A stretch of 63,573 nucleotides of DNA, the filler included, from Cercozoa sp. M6MM (taxonomy: Eukaryota > Protista > Endomyxa: Ascetosporea), in the NCBI GenBank assembly GCA_040357565.1. It is 10 parts of 10 records of this genome, joined end to end, with 100 filler letters (N's around TTAATTAATTAA, not from the genome) between each part and the next. Parts side by side here need not be neighbours in the genome. Positions count along the whole stretch, not along the records: positions 23,750 to 46,102 come from JBDODJ010000185.1; positions 46,203 to 49,327 come from JBDODJ010001601.1; positions 49,428 to 51,955 come from JBDODJ010001748.1; 7 more parts are not named here. One strand, 5' to 3'. The first letter of the stretch is position 1. Every line of letters begins with the position of its first letter. The notes beneath the pieces were generated by a model that was not told the origin of the DNA, did not search any database, and saw only the letters and a list, made by a program, of their open reading frames with translations. The translations under genes and the position numbers were made by a program. Positions 37,423 through 49,470 of the stretch are shown in pieces.

Positions 37423-38892
37423 CTAGTAGTCCTCATCGTCGTCATAGCCGTGCTGATTGTAGCCAGAGCTGGAGCCGGAGCCAAAGCCACCATAGCCTGA
37501 ACCGGAGTCAGAGTTGGAGTCGAACGGGTTCAGCGAGCCGGAGCCGGCCGAGCGTGCGAAGTCGGCCAAGCGCTGCAGCGGCGTCAGCAGCGACGAGACG
37601 GAGTCCTTCATGCCGCTCCAGGTCTGCTCAGCCCAGATATTTAAGGGAGTGACCAGTGGCTCTCCAGTGGGACAAGTGAACGGGACACACAGGCGCGCAC
37701 ATGTACAATCGTACCGGGAAACTGATAGGCTGCAGGCTGAGAACATCGCCGAGCGAGATTCGTGTCACATCGATGCCGTACCGTGGCCGCAGCACACCCG
37801 TGTTCAGCAGGTGCAACGTGCCCATACCGAACGTCGCCAGCAGAGTTGGTACTCCCTTCGCACACACAGACACAGGTGTTGCCCTTGGCCCCCTTAACCC
37901 CCCTTAGCCCCTTTCCCTCTTACCACTTTGCGGAAGGCGAGAGGCGCGCCGCCGCGTTTCAGGTGTCGCGGCACTGAGAGCGACGAGTAAATGAACTGCA
38001 CCAAGGGGATTATAGGGGAAGGGTAGAGGGGATAACTGGGGGGGGGTGAGGACTCAAGGGGGAGGGTATAAGTTACAGTGGCAGCGCCGGCCGACAGAGC
38101 ACTCGTGCCGACAACTTCGTCCGTCAGCTTGTACGCGTAGCCGTTGATTACCGAGTACCACATGGCTGGGGGAGGGGTAGGGGATAAACAGGGGGGCAGA
38201 GGGGTAAAACGGAGGGGGGATAAACGGGGGAGGCAAGAGGTAGGGAGTAAAACGCCCAGATACCCCAGATCGCGAAAGCGTTGGCAACACCGCCCGGCGC
38301 GGTACAGACTTGTCGGAATCTCTGTGCACACAGCAGTCGGTACACACGGACAGGACACACGGACGACTGATCCGACAGAAACCGTCCAGTACCTGGGCGT
38401 GGGCCAGGTGCGGCTTGGTACGGAACCTTCTGGCTCGCTTGATACCCGGACCATAGTAAGCGTACACGGCGCCGATCGGGAAGCCCATCAGGAAGCCCGC
38501 ACCTGCACATACATGTCCATCCGTCCACTTGGACTCGCAATTAAGGATGTGCCCACAGTACCCATGTTAAATGTCATTTGCTCAAACACCGAGCGCTCCT
38601 TCTTCTGCTGACCGCCCAGCATGTCCGGCGCTGTTGCAACAACATGCATATACATACTACATATGTACATACACACATACTGCGCACACAGATACTGACT
38701 ACCGTCGCGACCGCCCGCCGCGCCCGCCGCGCCCGCCGGCGCACCAAAGCCGCCGGCCGACTGGACTTTCTGCAAGGACACACACACACACACCAATACC
38801 GACCGCAGCTTTCATTCTTTCGACATTGACTCCAGCACAGACTTTTTCAACTGTACCGCAGAGTTGGCATCGCCGAAACTCGGAATGTACAT
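37423..38892 (-). CDS. Tim17/Tim22/Tim23-family mitochondrial inner-membrane translocase subunit (Tim23-like)
   Basis: RSVFEQMTFNM|GAGFLMGFPIGAVY...GGVANAFAIW|AMWYSVING...SALSAGAAT|FIYS shows the G/A-rich TM pattern of the family. May have further upstream exons. Confidence 0.6.
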
Positions 38893-39117
38893 GCGCTAGT
38901 TGTCTCGGAGGCAACAAGCACACACTGAGACACTCTCTTTGTGCGAATGGCTGTCGGCTCTGCCGGACCGGTCTAAACCGCTGCCTTAAAAATTCTGTGC
39001 ACCTCAAAGCCTCACTTTTTTGACGCAGGATGCACTCCAGTAGCTTGCAACTAACGTGAATGCAACTCTTCGAGGCGATATTGGATTTTGACTGCGTCGG
39101 GCCATCCGTATTTAATT

Positions 39118-41359
39118 ATGCAAGAATTTGGTCTCACTGAGATTGTTGTATTTTTTGGGGTTTTAACAGCTGACCGCAGGCATCCGCGCGGACGATTTGC
39201 TAGAACGTGGTGATGTGACCTCATCAGACTGGTCATGCCGAGCGAAAGTGTCGCGATCGGCGCGATCATTCGCGTTTTTGAGCGATCACGTGGTGATCGG
39301 CGTTTCTCGCGACGGCGGCGCGTGTCACATCCTGTGCGTTCCCTGAACCCTGAGTCCCTTTTACCGCCCCCTTGCCCCCTTTACTCCCTTAAACCCTTAC
39401 CCTGCTTTCCCCTACCCCCCCCCCCCGTAGTCAGAACAGCGCCGGCGGAGCCTGGAGAAACGACACGGTCCGAGTCGCCGGTCGAATCGTCGAAAGCAGC
39501 GTGTGTCCGCGCGGACGGGTCACGGTGCAAACCACGGAAGAGACGGTGCGCGTCGACTCTTTCGGCTGCGTGATCGATCGCACGCCTTGGTAACGGGGGT
39601 GAAGAGGGGGGGGGTAAAGAGAGAGGTAAAAGAGAGCTGCTTGGCAGTTGCGAAGCGAGTCGTCTGACGGTGCAGAGTATGCCACGTGTCGGTGTGAGAC
39701 TGCTCACTGCCACCGACGGTGACACTGACGGTGACACTGACGGTGACCCTGTCACAGTGGCTGTCTGGAGAAACACGCGTTTTCCTTTCGACGGTGCACC
39801 TGTCGCTGGCTGCAGGTATTCAGTGGAGTAAACCGGGAGGTAAACAGGGGGTTAATAGGGGGTAAACAGAGGAGTAATAGGGGGGTAAACAGAGGGGTAA
39901 TAGGGGGTAAACAGGGGGGGGTAAATATCTGTCAGGCACGCGGAGGCAGCAGTGTTGCGAACGCAGCGCGGCTTGTCGATCCTGCACTTTGACTGCTCCT
40001 CCTCCGATGGTACCACATGCAGTATCAACCACTGACGGTGTGACAACTGGCTTGACACGTGTGCACAGGTGTTACCGTGACGCACGTGCCAGGTGCCGAT
40101 CGCGCCTTGTACTGCGCCACGGCGCAGTTGTGGCTACTGTCCAGGTAGCTCTTTACCCCCCCCCCGGCCCCCTGGCCCCCTGTCCCCTAGTCTGAGCCCT
40201 ACCCCAGAGGCAAGCGGCAGCACGTGCTATACAACGAAGTGACGCAGTCAGTGTCGCAGTGGCCAGTGGCACCGTCCATGATCAACACTGCAGTGGCACC
40301 GTCGCTCAGTGGACACGTGGCGGCCTGTGCCAGTGCCACGGCACGTGTGCAGCGACACACGCGGCAACTGACAGAGGTGGCCACTCAGATGACCACTACA
40401 GACGGTTCTGCGGTCAGTGATCGCACCGTCAGTGTAGCCAGTGTCCGCACCATCGTGCGAGAGCGACTGGACCGACACGTGCTCTGGCTGGTGCTACGGT
40501 GTCCCGGTGCCGACGCACTGCGCGTGTCCTCGCCGTCCTCCACAGCCACCATCCTGTGTCGCTCGTTGCCTGCCTACAGGGGGGTACCCTCTCATGCACT
40601 AGATACACCATGTGTTGTATGCTATGTACTGTATTCGGTGTACTGGATACGATGTACTGTATACTGTATACGATAGACTGTGCAGCATGTATGTTCTGTA
40701 CATGTGTACGACACTGCAGTGGCTAGCCTGCACCCTGTCGGTGCAGCACCTGGGCGACACTCCCCTCAGTGTCCGCGTGCATCGAAAGAAACGCTTGCTA
40801 CAGGCAGGCACTCTGTGTCACGGTGCGACTCACTTCGCCGACACCACCGGACATGTCACTCCTGTCGACACTGTTGATACCTCGTGTATTATCCCCCCCC
40901 CCACTACCTTTCACCCTGCCCAGTATCCTCGGTATGCAGTGCCACTGCGACACCTGCTGCCGGTTCGGTGCCAGCTGACCAGCAGTGTGCCCGTGTACAA
41001 CGTATCGCACCTCCTGCAGCACCGACGCTCGTCGCACCTCCTGCAGCTCCAGTGCAGTGTACAGGGCGACGCACTGCACCTGCAGGATCCACAGGTACCA
41101 ACTGAAGTCTGCAACTGGACCAACCAGTCCTTTCGTGTGTTGGTGTTTGTCCTGCAGGGACCGGTCGCTGTGCTGTGGCTCGAAAACGCCGAGACATTGT
41201 ATCTATATACCTGGCTCTGTCTTCTGGGTGGGGTGTTTTCAATCGAGGCTGAGTCTACGTTGGCGTAGTGGGACGTCATCGGTGCAAGTGGCGGCACTCG
41301 ACACCGCCGTGCTGCAGCAGCTTGCGCATTTGCTTCGCTTGTCGCGCGCAGTGAAGTGA
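39118..41359 (+). CDS. Multi-exon hypothetical protein, beta-strand rich
   Basis: Spliced frame MQEFGLTEIV|LTAGIRADD...HVVIGVSRDGGACHIL|QNSAGG... ending LLRLSRAVK* at 41359. Confidence 0.55.
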
Positions 41360-41874
41360 ATCCTCGCGTCGCGTGGTCTGCCTGGTGCGTACACTGCACG
41401 CCCTGTACACCCACATTATATATCATGTATCATGACGCTTATCCTGGCTCACTGGCCGGCTCGGCTTACTTCAATTTCTCTTAATCGCTTCAAGTCCATA
41501 ATCGCCGTGGATCGAGTAAAACGTCAGGATTAGAAGATGCTCGCTTGTAGAAAGGGTTGTCGCTTGTAGAAAGCACTATCACGGCAGAATGTATCAAGGG
41601 GACGAAAGCTCCGTAGGCTGAGAAAGAAGCTGGAGAAGAGAAACCAAATCCCGTAAGTCCGGTCATTTTTTTAAAGACGAGCCATGGTCACGGCAGCCCA
41701 GAACTTAAAGTTCTTGCACTTGAATCTTCTAAGATCCTCACGATATTGATTTAATAAATGCTGGTGGCTTAGAGCTGGGCAAAAAGTAGTAACTTTCACA
41801 GCACCCACGATATTATGGTATGGCTCTCGGAGTCCGGTGTACAGTCGAGTCAGAGATGGACCGAGACGTGAGGT

Positions 41875-44069
41875 TCAGTTGTCCTTCTTGGCAGTGGTGC
41901 TGTCCTCCTCTAGCGAGGTTGCCAGCGACCGAATGGCGTCGGCGCGCTTCATGTCGTCGACCTGTCGAAAAGGCAGCGCATCAGTACAGCAGCAGGGTGG
42001 GTGGGTAAGGAGAGCGTTTACCAGGTCGGGGTGCACGTAGTCACTTGTGTCATTGTCGCCCAGTTCGCGCAGGAAACGTCGCATCGACGAGTGCGCCTCG
42101 GCGAAGGAACTGCACAGGTGGAAACCCCATGTACCGTTGCGCTTTGCCCCTCCAAATGCCCGGTGTTGCCAAGAGAAAGGAGGCCTACGGGAAGTTGAAG
42201 TAGGGCAGGCCGAACTCGCGGCAGGTGCGCTTGACGACGTCACTCACGTAGGGGTAGTTGTAGCAGCACATGGACGGGAACAGGTGGTGCTCCACCTGGT
42301 GGTTCAGGCCACCCGACAAGAAGTTCCACACGTGCGAGCCAGAGGCCCAATTGGCCGACCCGAGCACTTGCTTGATCGCCCTGTTCAAGTACACACCAGG
42401 TAGAGGAAGTAGGGCAGGTAAGCTCAGACAAGGGAGCAAAGCTACCAGTCAGCACGCTTAGGCGGCACCAGCTTGTTCTGGATGTGGTTCGAGATGAAGA
42501 TTGACTCGAGGTAGTATGACGCCACCACCATCATCAGCACCTACCCAAAGAGAGTAACATGGGGTAGAGGGAGGGGGGCAGAACCTACCGTGTTGAGAAT
42601 GGCCGTGGTCCAGCCGAAGCGCTGTGCCGGCAGGTACACGTGCAGCAGCACATAGCACGCCTTGGCCGGCAGCAGCACGAACCAGTCCGCCGTGCGGATG
42701 TGGAATGACACGTGGCCTGAACACACCCATCTTACTCCCCCTTTATCACCTTCCATAGAAAGAGCTACCGACGCGAGCGGCGATAAAGTCGAAAATGTCG
42801 CTGAAGAGCCACTTGATCAGTCCACCCGACATGAGTACCTGCGGGGCGAGGGGATGAGGAAGAGAGGCAAGGTGCAGGATAAGCAAACCATCGTGGTGAT
42901 GTCCTGTCGCTTGTGGTACCACTTGCGCTCGAGACCTGTATCATGTGGGATACGGGAGGAGGGGTAATGGGTGAGGGAAACGCACCCTCATGGAAGCGCA
43001 TTATGGGATAGCCGATCTCGCAGTCATTGTCGAGTCCGAGTTCGTTGGGTGTCAGATGATGCGCCACCTGCACACAAACACGACAGGTCCAAAGCCGGGT
43101 CCATTCGGGCAGGACAACACAACTGGCGAAACCGCTGGCTGCCAGATGTACAGGTGCACCAGGCTACCTGATGATCATGCTGCCACAGGACGCTGCTGGC
43201 ACCGAGGATGTCCATCAGCGCACCGGCGCACTTGTTAACGAAAGCGCTCTCGCCTTGCCCGGCATGCAGGCCCATGTGCATCAGAAAGCCGAGTCGGCCG
43301 CCAATGATACCACCCGGGATGGACCAGTACTACCCAGAGGGGAGGGGAGGTAGGGGGGCACGCGGGAGGCTGGGGTCAATGGACTTGTACCCACTGGCCA
43401 GTGTAGCCCTTGAGGAACACGAACGTCAGGTACAGCAGCAACGACACAAAGACCTCGATTGCCTGGGAGGGGGGGGCGCCCCAACGGGCAAGCGGGGGGG
43501 GGGGGGTAAGGCTACCATCCAGGTGTCGTCGCCTCGCCATGCGCGACCGAGCGACGCGAGTTTCTCCGCCGCGCGCTGACGCACCGTCTCGCGGAACATG
43601 TGGTTCTGCCCAAAGTCATGTCCCAAGTCACAGTGAGTTGGCCCCCTATTTACCCCTTATAGCCACCTCCCCTCCCCTCCCCCGATAGAGTGATAGTACG
43701 AGCTGCCGGTGATCGGGGTACAGGTTGGCGCGTGGCACCTCCTGGCTGCAAAGGACGCCGACACGAGGAGCCTGCCAACAGCGTGCAAGTTTGGTTACCT
43801 ATCCTTAGGGTGCTAGAGCTCTATGCCAGGAGGATACCTTGTTGGCCAGGTAGGCCTTGACGGCCTTCATCGAGGCAGGCGGGTGGTAGCTTTGCACCTG
43901 TGTCATACACACCCAGGTAGGTAGGTAGTTCTCTAGGATGAAGGAAGAGAGGAAATAGAGGACGGGCATACCAGCGAGGTAGCTTCTCGACCCAGCGCGA
44001 TGCGCACCACGTCGCCGCCTGGGTGCCTGCGCACGCCGCATGGACATTATACATACTATGTCTGATCAG

Positions 44070-44107
<38 letters not shown>

Positions 44108-44278
44108 ATCTATAAATATCTATATATACGTGTCTACAGAGACAGGGAGACAAAAAACACACCGGCGCACGAGGTCACTGGCATCGTAGACGACGCCGTC
44201 GACGACGGTCCAGGGCGCCGCGTCCTCGCGTCCGTCGTGCTGCTCGACCTCAGACCATTTGATCTGACGCTCGCCCAT
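41875..44278 (-). CDS. Cytochrome b5-fused front-end fatty acid desaturase
   Basis: WTVVDGVVYDASDLVR|RHPGG (b5 heme motif). His boxes HMGLH, HQ|VAHH and GGLNHQVEHHLFP. May start upstream near 44403. Confidence 0.9.
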
Positions 44279-44673
44279 CTCACGCCGTATTCTTCTCGCT
44301 GTCGCTTTTCGTTCTTGCTACACAGTACCGGCTTTCGTGCCGCCTCTCTCTGCTCTGCTCTCTGCTTGCTTGGCCTGCCGACACGAGTCAAAACACATGA
44401 CATCACACCTTGCAAAACAAAGTACACACACAGACCAGCGATCGCACACTCACGCGATCGCACTAGCAAAACGCCCTGAGGTGTGTGCAACAGCAAGTGC
44501 CTCCCCCGGGGTCCAGACGGTCAAAAGAAGCACGCATGGCACGTGGGCACTTTTGACAATCACCCAGTCGCGTCACAACCAACAAAAACGAAGCGACATC
44601 AGCGTCCAAAATGATAGTTTCCGGGTTTGCACGTTTTTCTTACCGACTGCCGACGCAGGTTCTTGAGACCGAA

Positions 44674-46064
44674 ATGAGCACGCAGCGCAACCAAATGTTT
44701 GAGGTGGTGTGCCCATCCGATCGTGATCGCTAGGTTGGCGATTTTCATTGTTAAGGGAGGGGGTTGACGTGGAGATCATCTGATCTTTTCCACTGAGCCT
44801 GATCGGTCCCAGCACTCCAGCATCCAAACTGTCAAGGCACTAAACGAGCGGCCACGCCTGTCCAGAAGCTCTACCACCCCTGCGTTTGTCCAATTGGCCA
44901 GTGCTCTGCCTGCTTCCGCGCGGAAGCTCCCGAGCTCTGCGCGTGACCACTGCACTTTTCGTTCGATAATACCGATCCTACACCAATATCCGAGCGACTG
45001 GCGAGCGGATGAGTTCACTCCCATCCGCGCACGACGAACTTGTCGAGCAGCTTAGTCGTACGCAACAAACACCCCTCATCCCATGCACCTTTGTCGTGAT
45101 CGCTACCATGTTTGATTCTTCAACACAGACGTAGAGCCATACGCTGAGCGCGAGGAGCCGAACGCAGTGACCGAAAGCGATACAGCCGGAATTTCTGTGA
45201 GATTTTGCTATTGATGAAAAGCGCAATGGTTTTGTTTTTTATTTCGTATTTTCCGAAACGCAGGCGCAGATCGTGGGCACCTTGACGAATCAAGATGAGG
45301 GTGGCTCCTTTCTCGAGTACCGCATCAGGTAGGACCTTTTTGCTTCTCTTCTGCTGGTCAGTGAAACTGCTGGTCAGTGGGATTTGCTGTATTTTTGCGA
45401 CTACTGTGTGACTCAGTGTGACAATGCGGCCTCCTCGAAACAGTGAAACGTAACCGACTTTGCCCCTTGCCCCTACCCTTTACCCCTTTGCTCGTTTGCC
45501 CCCTTCCTCAGCGCACGACGCGGCGATCTGACGTGGCTCGTGTTCCGTCGATACTCGGCCTTTGTGCAGCTGTGGCGCGAACTGCGTACCGAGGTCAGCG
45601 AGGATCTGCGGCCTGCCGTACGTTTCTTTCCGTGTAGCCAGAGGTAGCCAGGGATAGCCAGGGGTAGCCACTTTATGCTCGGACGGTGTGACAGGTGCCA
45701 GACCTGCCACGACGACACCCGCCGCTGTCGAGTACTCTTCTGCGCTTGACGGCGTCGCCGAGGGTACTTTACCCTCCTTACGCTCTTTTGCCCTTTGCCC
45801 CCTTTACCCTCTATTCTCCACCACTGCCTTTTTACCCTTCCCCCTTCACCTCCTTTGACCTCCCCTTTATCTCTCAGGCAAAGCGCACGCAGGAGCGTTT
45901 TTTGGCGAGACGTGAAACGATGCTGCGCGAGTTTTTGGCTGCCGTTGCGGCGCATCCAGGTGCGTCCGCGCGGAAGGCTATCTTACTACCTGGAAGGATG
46001 TGTATGACTGAACAGCCCTGTCCAATTCGGCTGCGTTTCTTCGATTTGTCGGTGTCGTCAAAGG
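44674..46064 (+). CDS. PX-domain (sorting nexin-like) protein, 3' truncated by gap
   Basis: FLEYRI|...WLVFRRYSAFVQLWRELR...|VPDLPR...FLARRETMLREFLAAVAAHP|ALSNSAAFLRF. 5' exons uncertain. Confidence 0.75.
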
Positions 46065-46247
46065 TGCTGTTTGTTACTCCACTCTGTTTTACCCCCCCCC
46101 CCNNNNNNNNNNNNNNNNNNNNNNNNNNNNNNNNNNNNNNNNNNNNTTAATTAATTAANNNNNNNNNNNNNNNNNNNNNNNNNNNNNNNNNNNNNNNNNN
46201 NNAAAGGGGCAAGGAAGAGAGTAAAAAGGGTAGAGAGGGAAGGGGAA

Positions 46248-48355
46248 CCTCGTCGATCTCAATATCGGTCCCGCCCTGCGCCAGAGCTTGTAGGTACAGC
46301 GTCCGCGCTGACATTCCAAGAAAATACAAAATAATCAAGATGACACGTAAAATAAGAAACTAACAAACCTTCGTTGCGCACCAGGTCGAACTGATCGGGC
46401 TTTGTGGCCAGATTGTACAGTGCCCACACCACTGAGGGGGGGGGGTAAGGGGCGTATAAAGGGTAATGTAGGGGGGCATGATTATTACTCAGCGTGGACG
46501 TGGTGTCGCTGCCGGCCACCACTACAGGAGTAAAGGAGGGGTAGGAGGGATAAAGAAGGGGCGTGAAGGTAGGGGCTAAATACTCAACTCGAGCAGCACG
46601 GCGAGTCCGTCCTCCTGTGACAAAGTCGGGTGGTCCATCAGCATGTCGCGCACGCTGCGTTTCGTCACATCTAGCGTTCCGCGGTGTTGCTGTGAAACCG
46701 GGTGCACTCGCATCGAGTCGAACACGGCCTTTTTGGCCATGTGCATCACTTTGCGTCCATTGTACACGAAGCGATCGATCGGCGCCACGCCACGATTCAG
46801 AAAGCGTCGCAGAACGCGATGCACCGGCAGCAATGGTGCCATGTTGAACGCCTCGCTCAGTCCGTGGAAGAACACATTCACTACTCTCAGTTCAGTCCAT
46901 TTAAACCCCAATTTTTTTTTGCCAAAATTAAATTTAGTTCAGTTGCAAAAACTGAAGTTGCAAAAAAGAAAAAACTGTACCTGTGTCCAAGAACTCCTTG
47001 TGCGTTTCTTCCGTGAACAGTTCGTCTCCACGATCCGAGCGCGAACTACTACACTAGTTTCATTTCCGGTTTCGACATGGACATGAATCGAAAAGCTGCG
47101 TGAATGCTTCGTTTTTTTCAATATGATTCACCCTGGACGCAGCGGCAAACCACCGATTCGCAAGTCAGTGATAAGGTAGAACACGCACTCCAACGCCACA
47201 TCCTATCAAGTACAAGGTGATTGTTAGAACGAAACGCGCGTTTTCGTGCCGCGCGGAAGCGCAAAAAGAAACAAAAATGCCATGAGAACACGATTCGTAT
47301 CGAACAGCACGCCCAGCTTGCCCTCACGCTCATCGATTCCTTGCATGTACACCGACACATCCTCCTGTGGAGTACGGGCTGAATTAAGGTCCAGGAGTAA
47401 GGTGCAAAACTGTACGGCGCCAGGCGACAAATCGTCGCGTTGTGTCTTTGCGAGATGAACAAAGTCGCGAGCGATCGGTGCGAACTGCTTCGCCAGCGTA
47501 GTGGCCACCTGCAATCAGGATGCAATAACACACAAAGAACTCAAAGTGTAAATCGTTTACGTTGGGTTTCATCAAAACAGGCGCAACGGCACTTCGCAGT
47601 TTTTGCCATCTCTGTTTGTCCGTCAGTTCAAAGTTCGGGTTCGTTAATTTTATATCACACTGATTGTACCTCACCGTGACTCCCAAGAACGCCGGAACGG
47701 ATTGGTGGAAACTCCTCGTTGCCTTCCTCGAGTTCTTGAAAGAAGAGGTTGAACATGGCACCTGGACGGACGATTGTGATAGTCAAGTTTATTGTCCTCG
47801 TGGGGAGATAAACGGATAAGAATTAATTTACCATTGTCGCGTCGTGCAACGCCCACGCGCATTTGTTGTTGCACCTACCCACATGGGAACTGATTGTAAA
47901 TTTACAAGTACAGTTGAAAAACATGCCCTTTGAGAACAACTGGAAGAATGATTGATCTATATCTTACAAGCTTCTTGACGAGGTCGGGACTACGCGTCAC
48001 AATGACGCAGTCGGCCGTGCCAGGGAGCGCCAGACGCGCCGTTTCGCGGTTCTGCTCGTCCTCATCTGCGGCGGGCTCACAGTTGATTCATTCCATTAGT
48101 ATCTTTTTGGCGACATACCAAAGAGCTGCCCAGCAGTAACACCAAACGGGATGTTCTCCTTGACGTTCTTGGCAATGATTGGGATGTGACCGACTGCACA
48201 ATCACAGCATTCCAACTGTACCACATAACCCGACCATGGCCCGAGTAGTTGTAAATTTTACCAATCGGTTTCTTGCTGGCAAAATAATCAGGTGCCTTTG
48301 CGGCAGCAGCACCCAAGAGGCGTTGCTGTGACTTGAGCACACGGCGTGCGTACAT
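46248..48355 (-). CDS. Cytochrome P450, mitochondrial-clan-like, 3' truncated by gap
   Basis: Basic presequence-like N-terminus MYARRVLKSQQRLL with no TM anchor. C-helix RWQKLRSAVAPVLMKP; I-helix AGSDTTSTL|..WALYNLATKPDQ. The heme Cys motif is lost in the gap. Confidence 0.8.
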
Positions 48356-49047
48356 CCTTTTAAGTTATGACGTGACTGACTGGACTTGACTTGACTTGAC
48401 TTACTGGAACCTGCTGGTGGCAACAAGAAAAAGGTGCCTTGCTCTGTACTTCCCTCGAAACATAGTCTTTTGGCACCTTTGGACACTACAGAAGTACCTC
48501 TGACGTGTTGTTGTCTACAAAAGTCGTTGTTGTTGTTGCTCTTGCCGACTGCCAACTCGAGTTGTTGTGCCGCTTTGGGGCCACTTGATTGTACCTGGGC
48601 AGTGCAATGATCGATCAATCTCACACCATCGCGCTCGCGACGGTTTCTCTAGCCGTCTGGATCATTGACCCACTGCACATTTAACCACCCCTGGACTCAT
48701 CCGCTCTTCTTTTCCTGCGTCAATCTCGTACTGTATTTCCAAAAAAAGTTTTGGTCAGTTTGCTGTTGCCCTCAAACACTAGCAGTTTCGCTGCTCGCGC
48801 TAACGGCCGGGTCTAAAACTGACACCTAAGCGTCGCACGCAAAATGAGCGTGGCAGTGGCGTGTCTGCGTGCTTTTTTGGCGATGTTGTGCAGCATTCCG
48901 CAGACAGCGAGGCAAAACAGCGACAGTTGCCGTGCTTAGTCGACAAGTCCGAGGCAGGACATGCATCGTTCCAACGCGTTTGCCAGCTTTGGCGGGGTAT
49001 CCCTTCTTGCGACTTGCAGTTGAAAAACTGAGTCGTTGTGCACGCAG

Positions 49048-49302
49048 AATTATGGCGCGAATCGCTCGCCTTTCCCGACGCCAGGCCCAATGGGCGGTGT
49101 GCGCTTCCAAGGAGTCGCGCCGTCAGGTCAAGGGCCGCCTGGCATGCCGCCCAGAAGCAGCAACTACTTTGACACCTATGGTGACCAGGCCTCTTGCGAA
49201 ACTGACTCCTATTGCGAGGAAGATGCCTGCAAGAAGCGTCGCTACATTTGCGGCGGCGTGACCTTCCTCATTGTGCTTTTACTGCTGGGAGTGATTGGTC
49301 TG
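49048..49302 (+). CDS. Exon of a probable type II membrane protein (fragment)
   Basis: Pro/Gly-rich segment, then KKRRYICGGVTFLIVLLLLGVIGL, followed by a GT donor and a gap. Confidence 0.45.
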
Positions 49303-49470
49303 GTAAAATACATCCAGTTTTTTTTTTNNNNNNNNNNNNNNNNNNNNNNNNNNNNNNNNNNNNNNNNNNNNTTAATTAATTAANNNNNNNNNNNNNNNNN
49401 NNNNNNNNNNNNNNNNNNNNNNNNNNNGTAAAGGGGGGTAAAGGGGTAAAGGGGTCAGGGATAACAACGG

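Noticed and set aside
41420-41870. Long intergenic stretch checked for a TnpB/Fanzor or transposase remnant; contains short direct repeats (TCGCTTGTAGAAAG x2, CACGATATT x2)
   Set aside because: No RuvC, zinc-ribbon or DDE motifs were found in the frames I read, and there are no TIRs. The repeats are too short to interpret.
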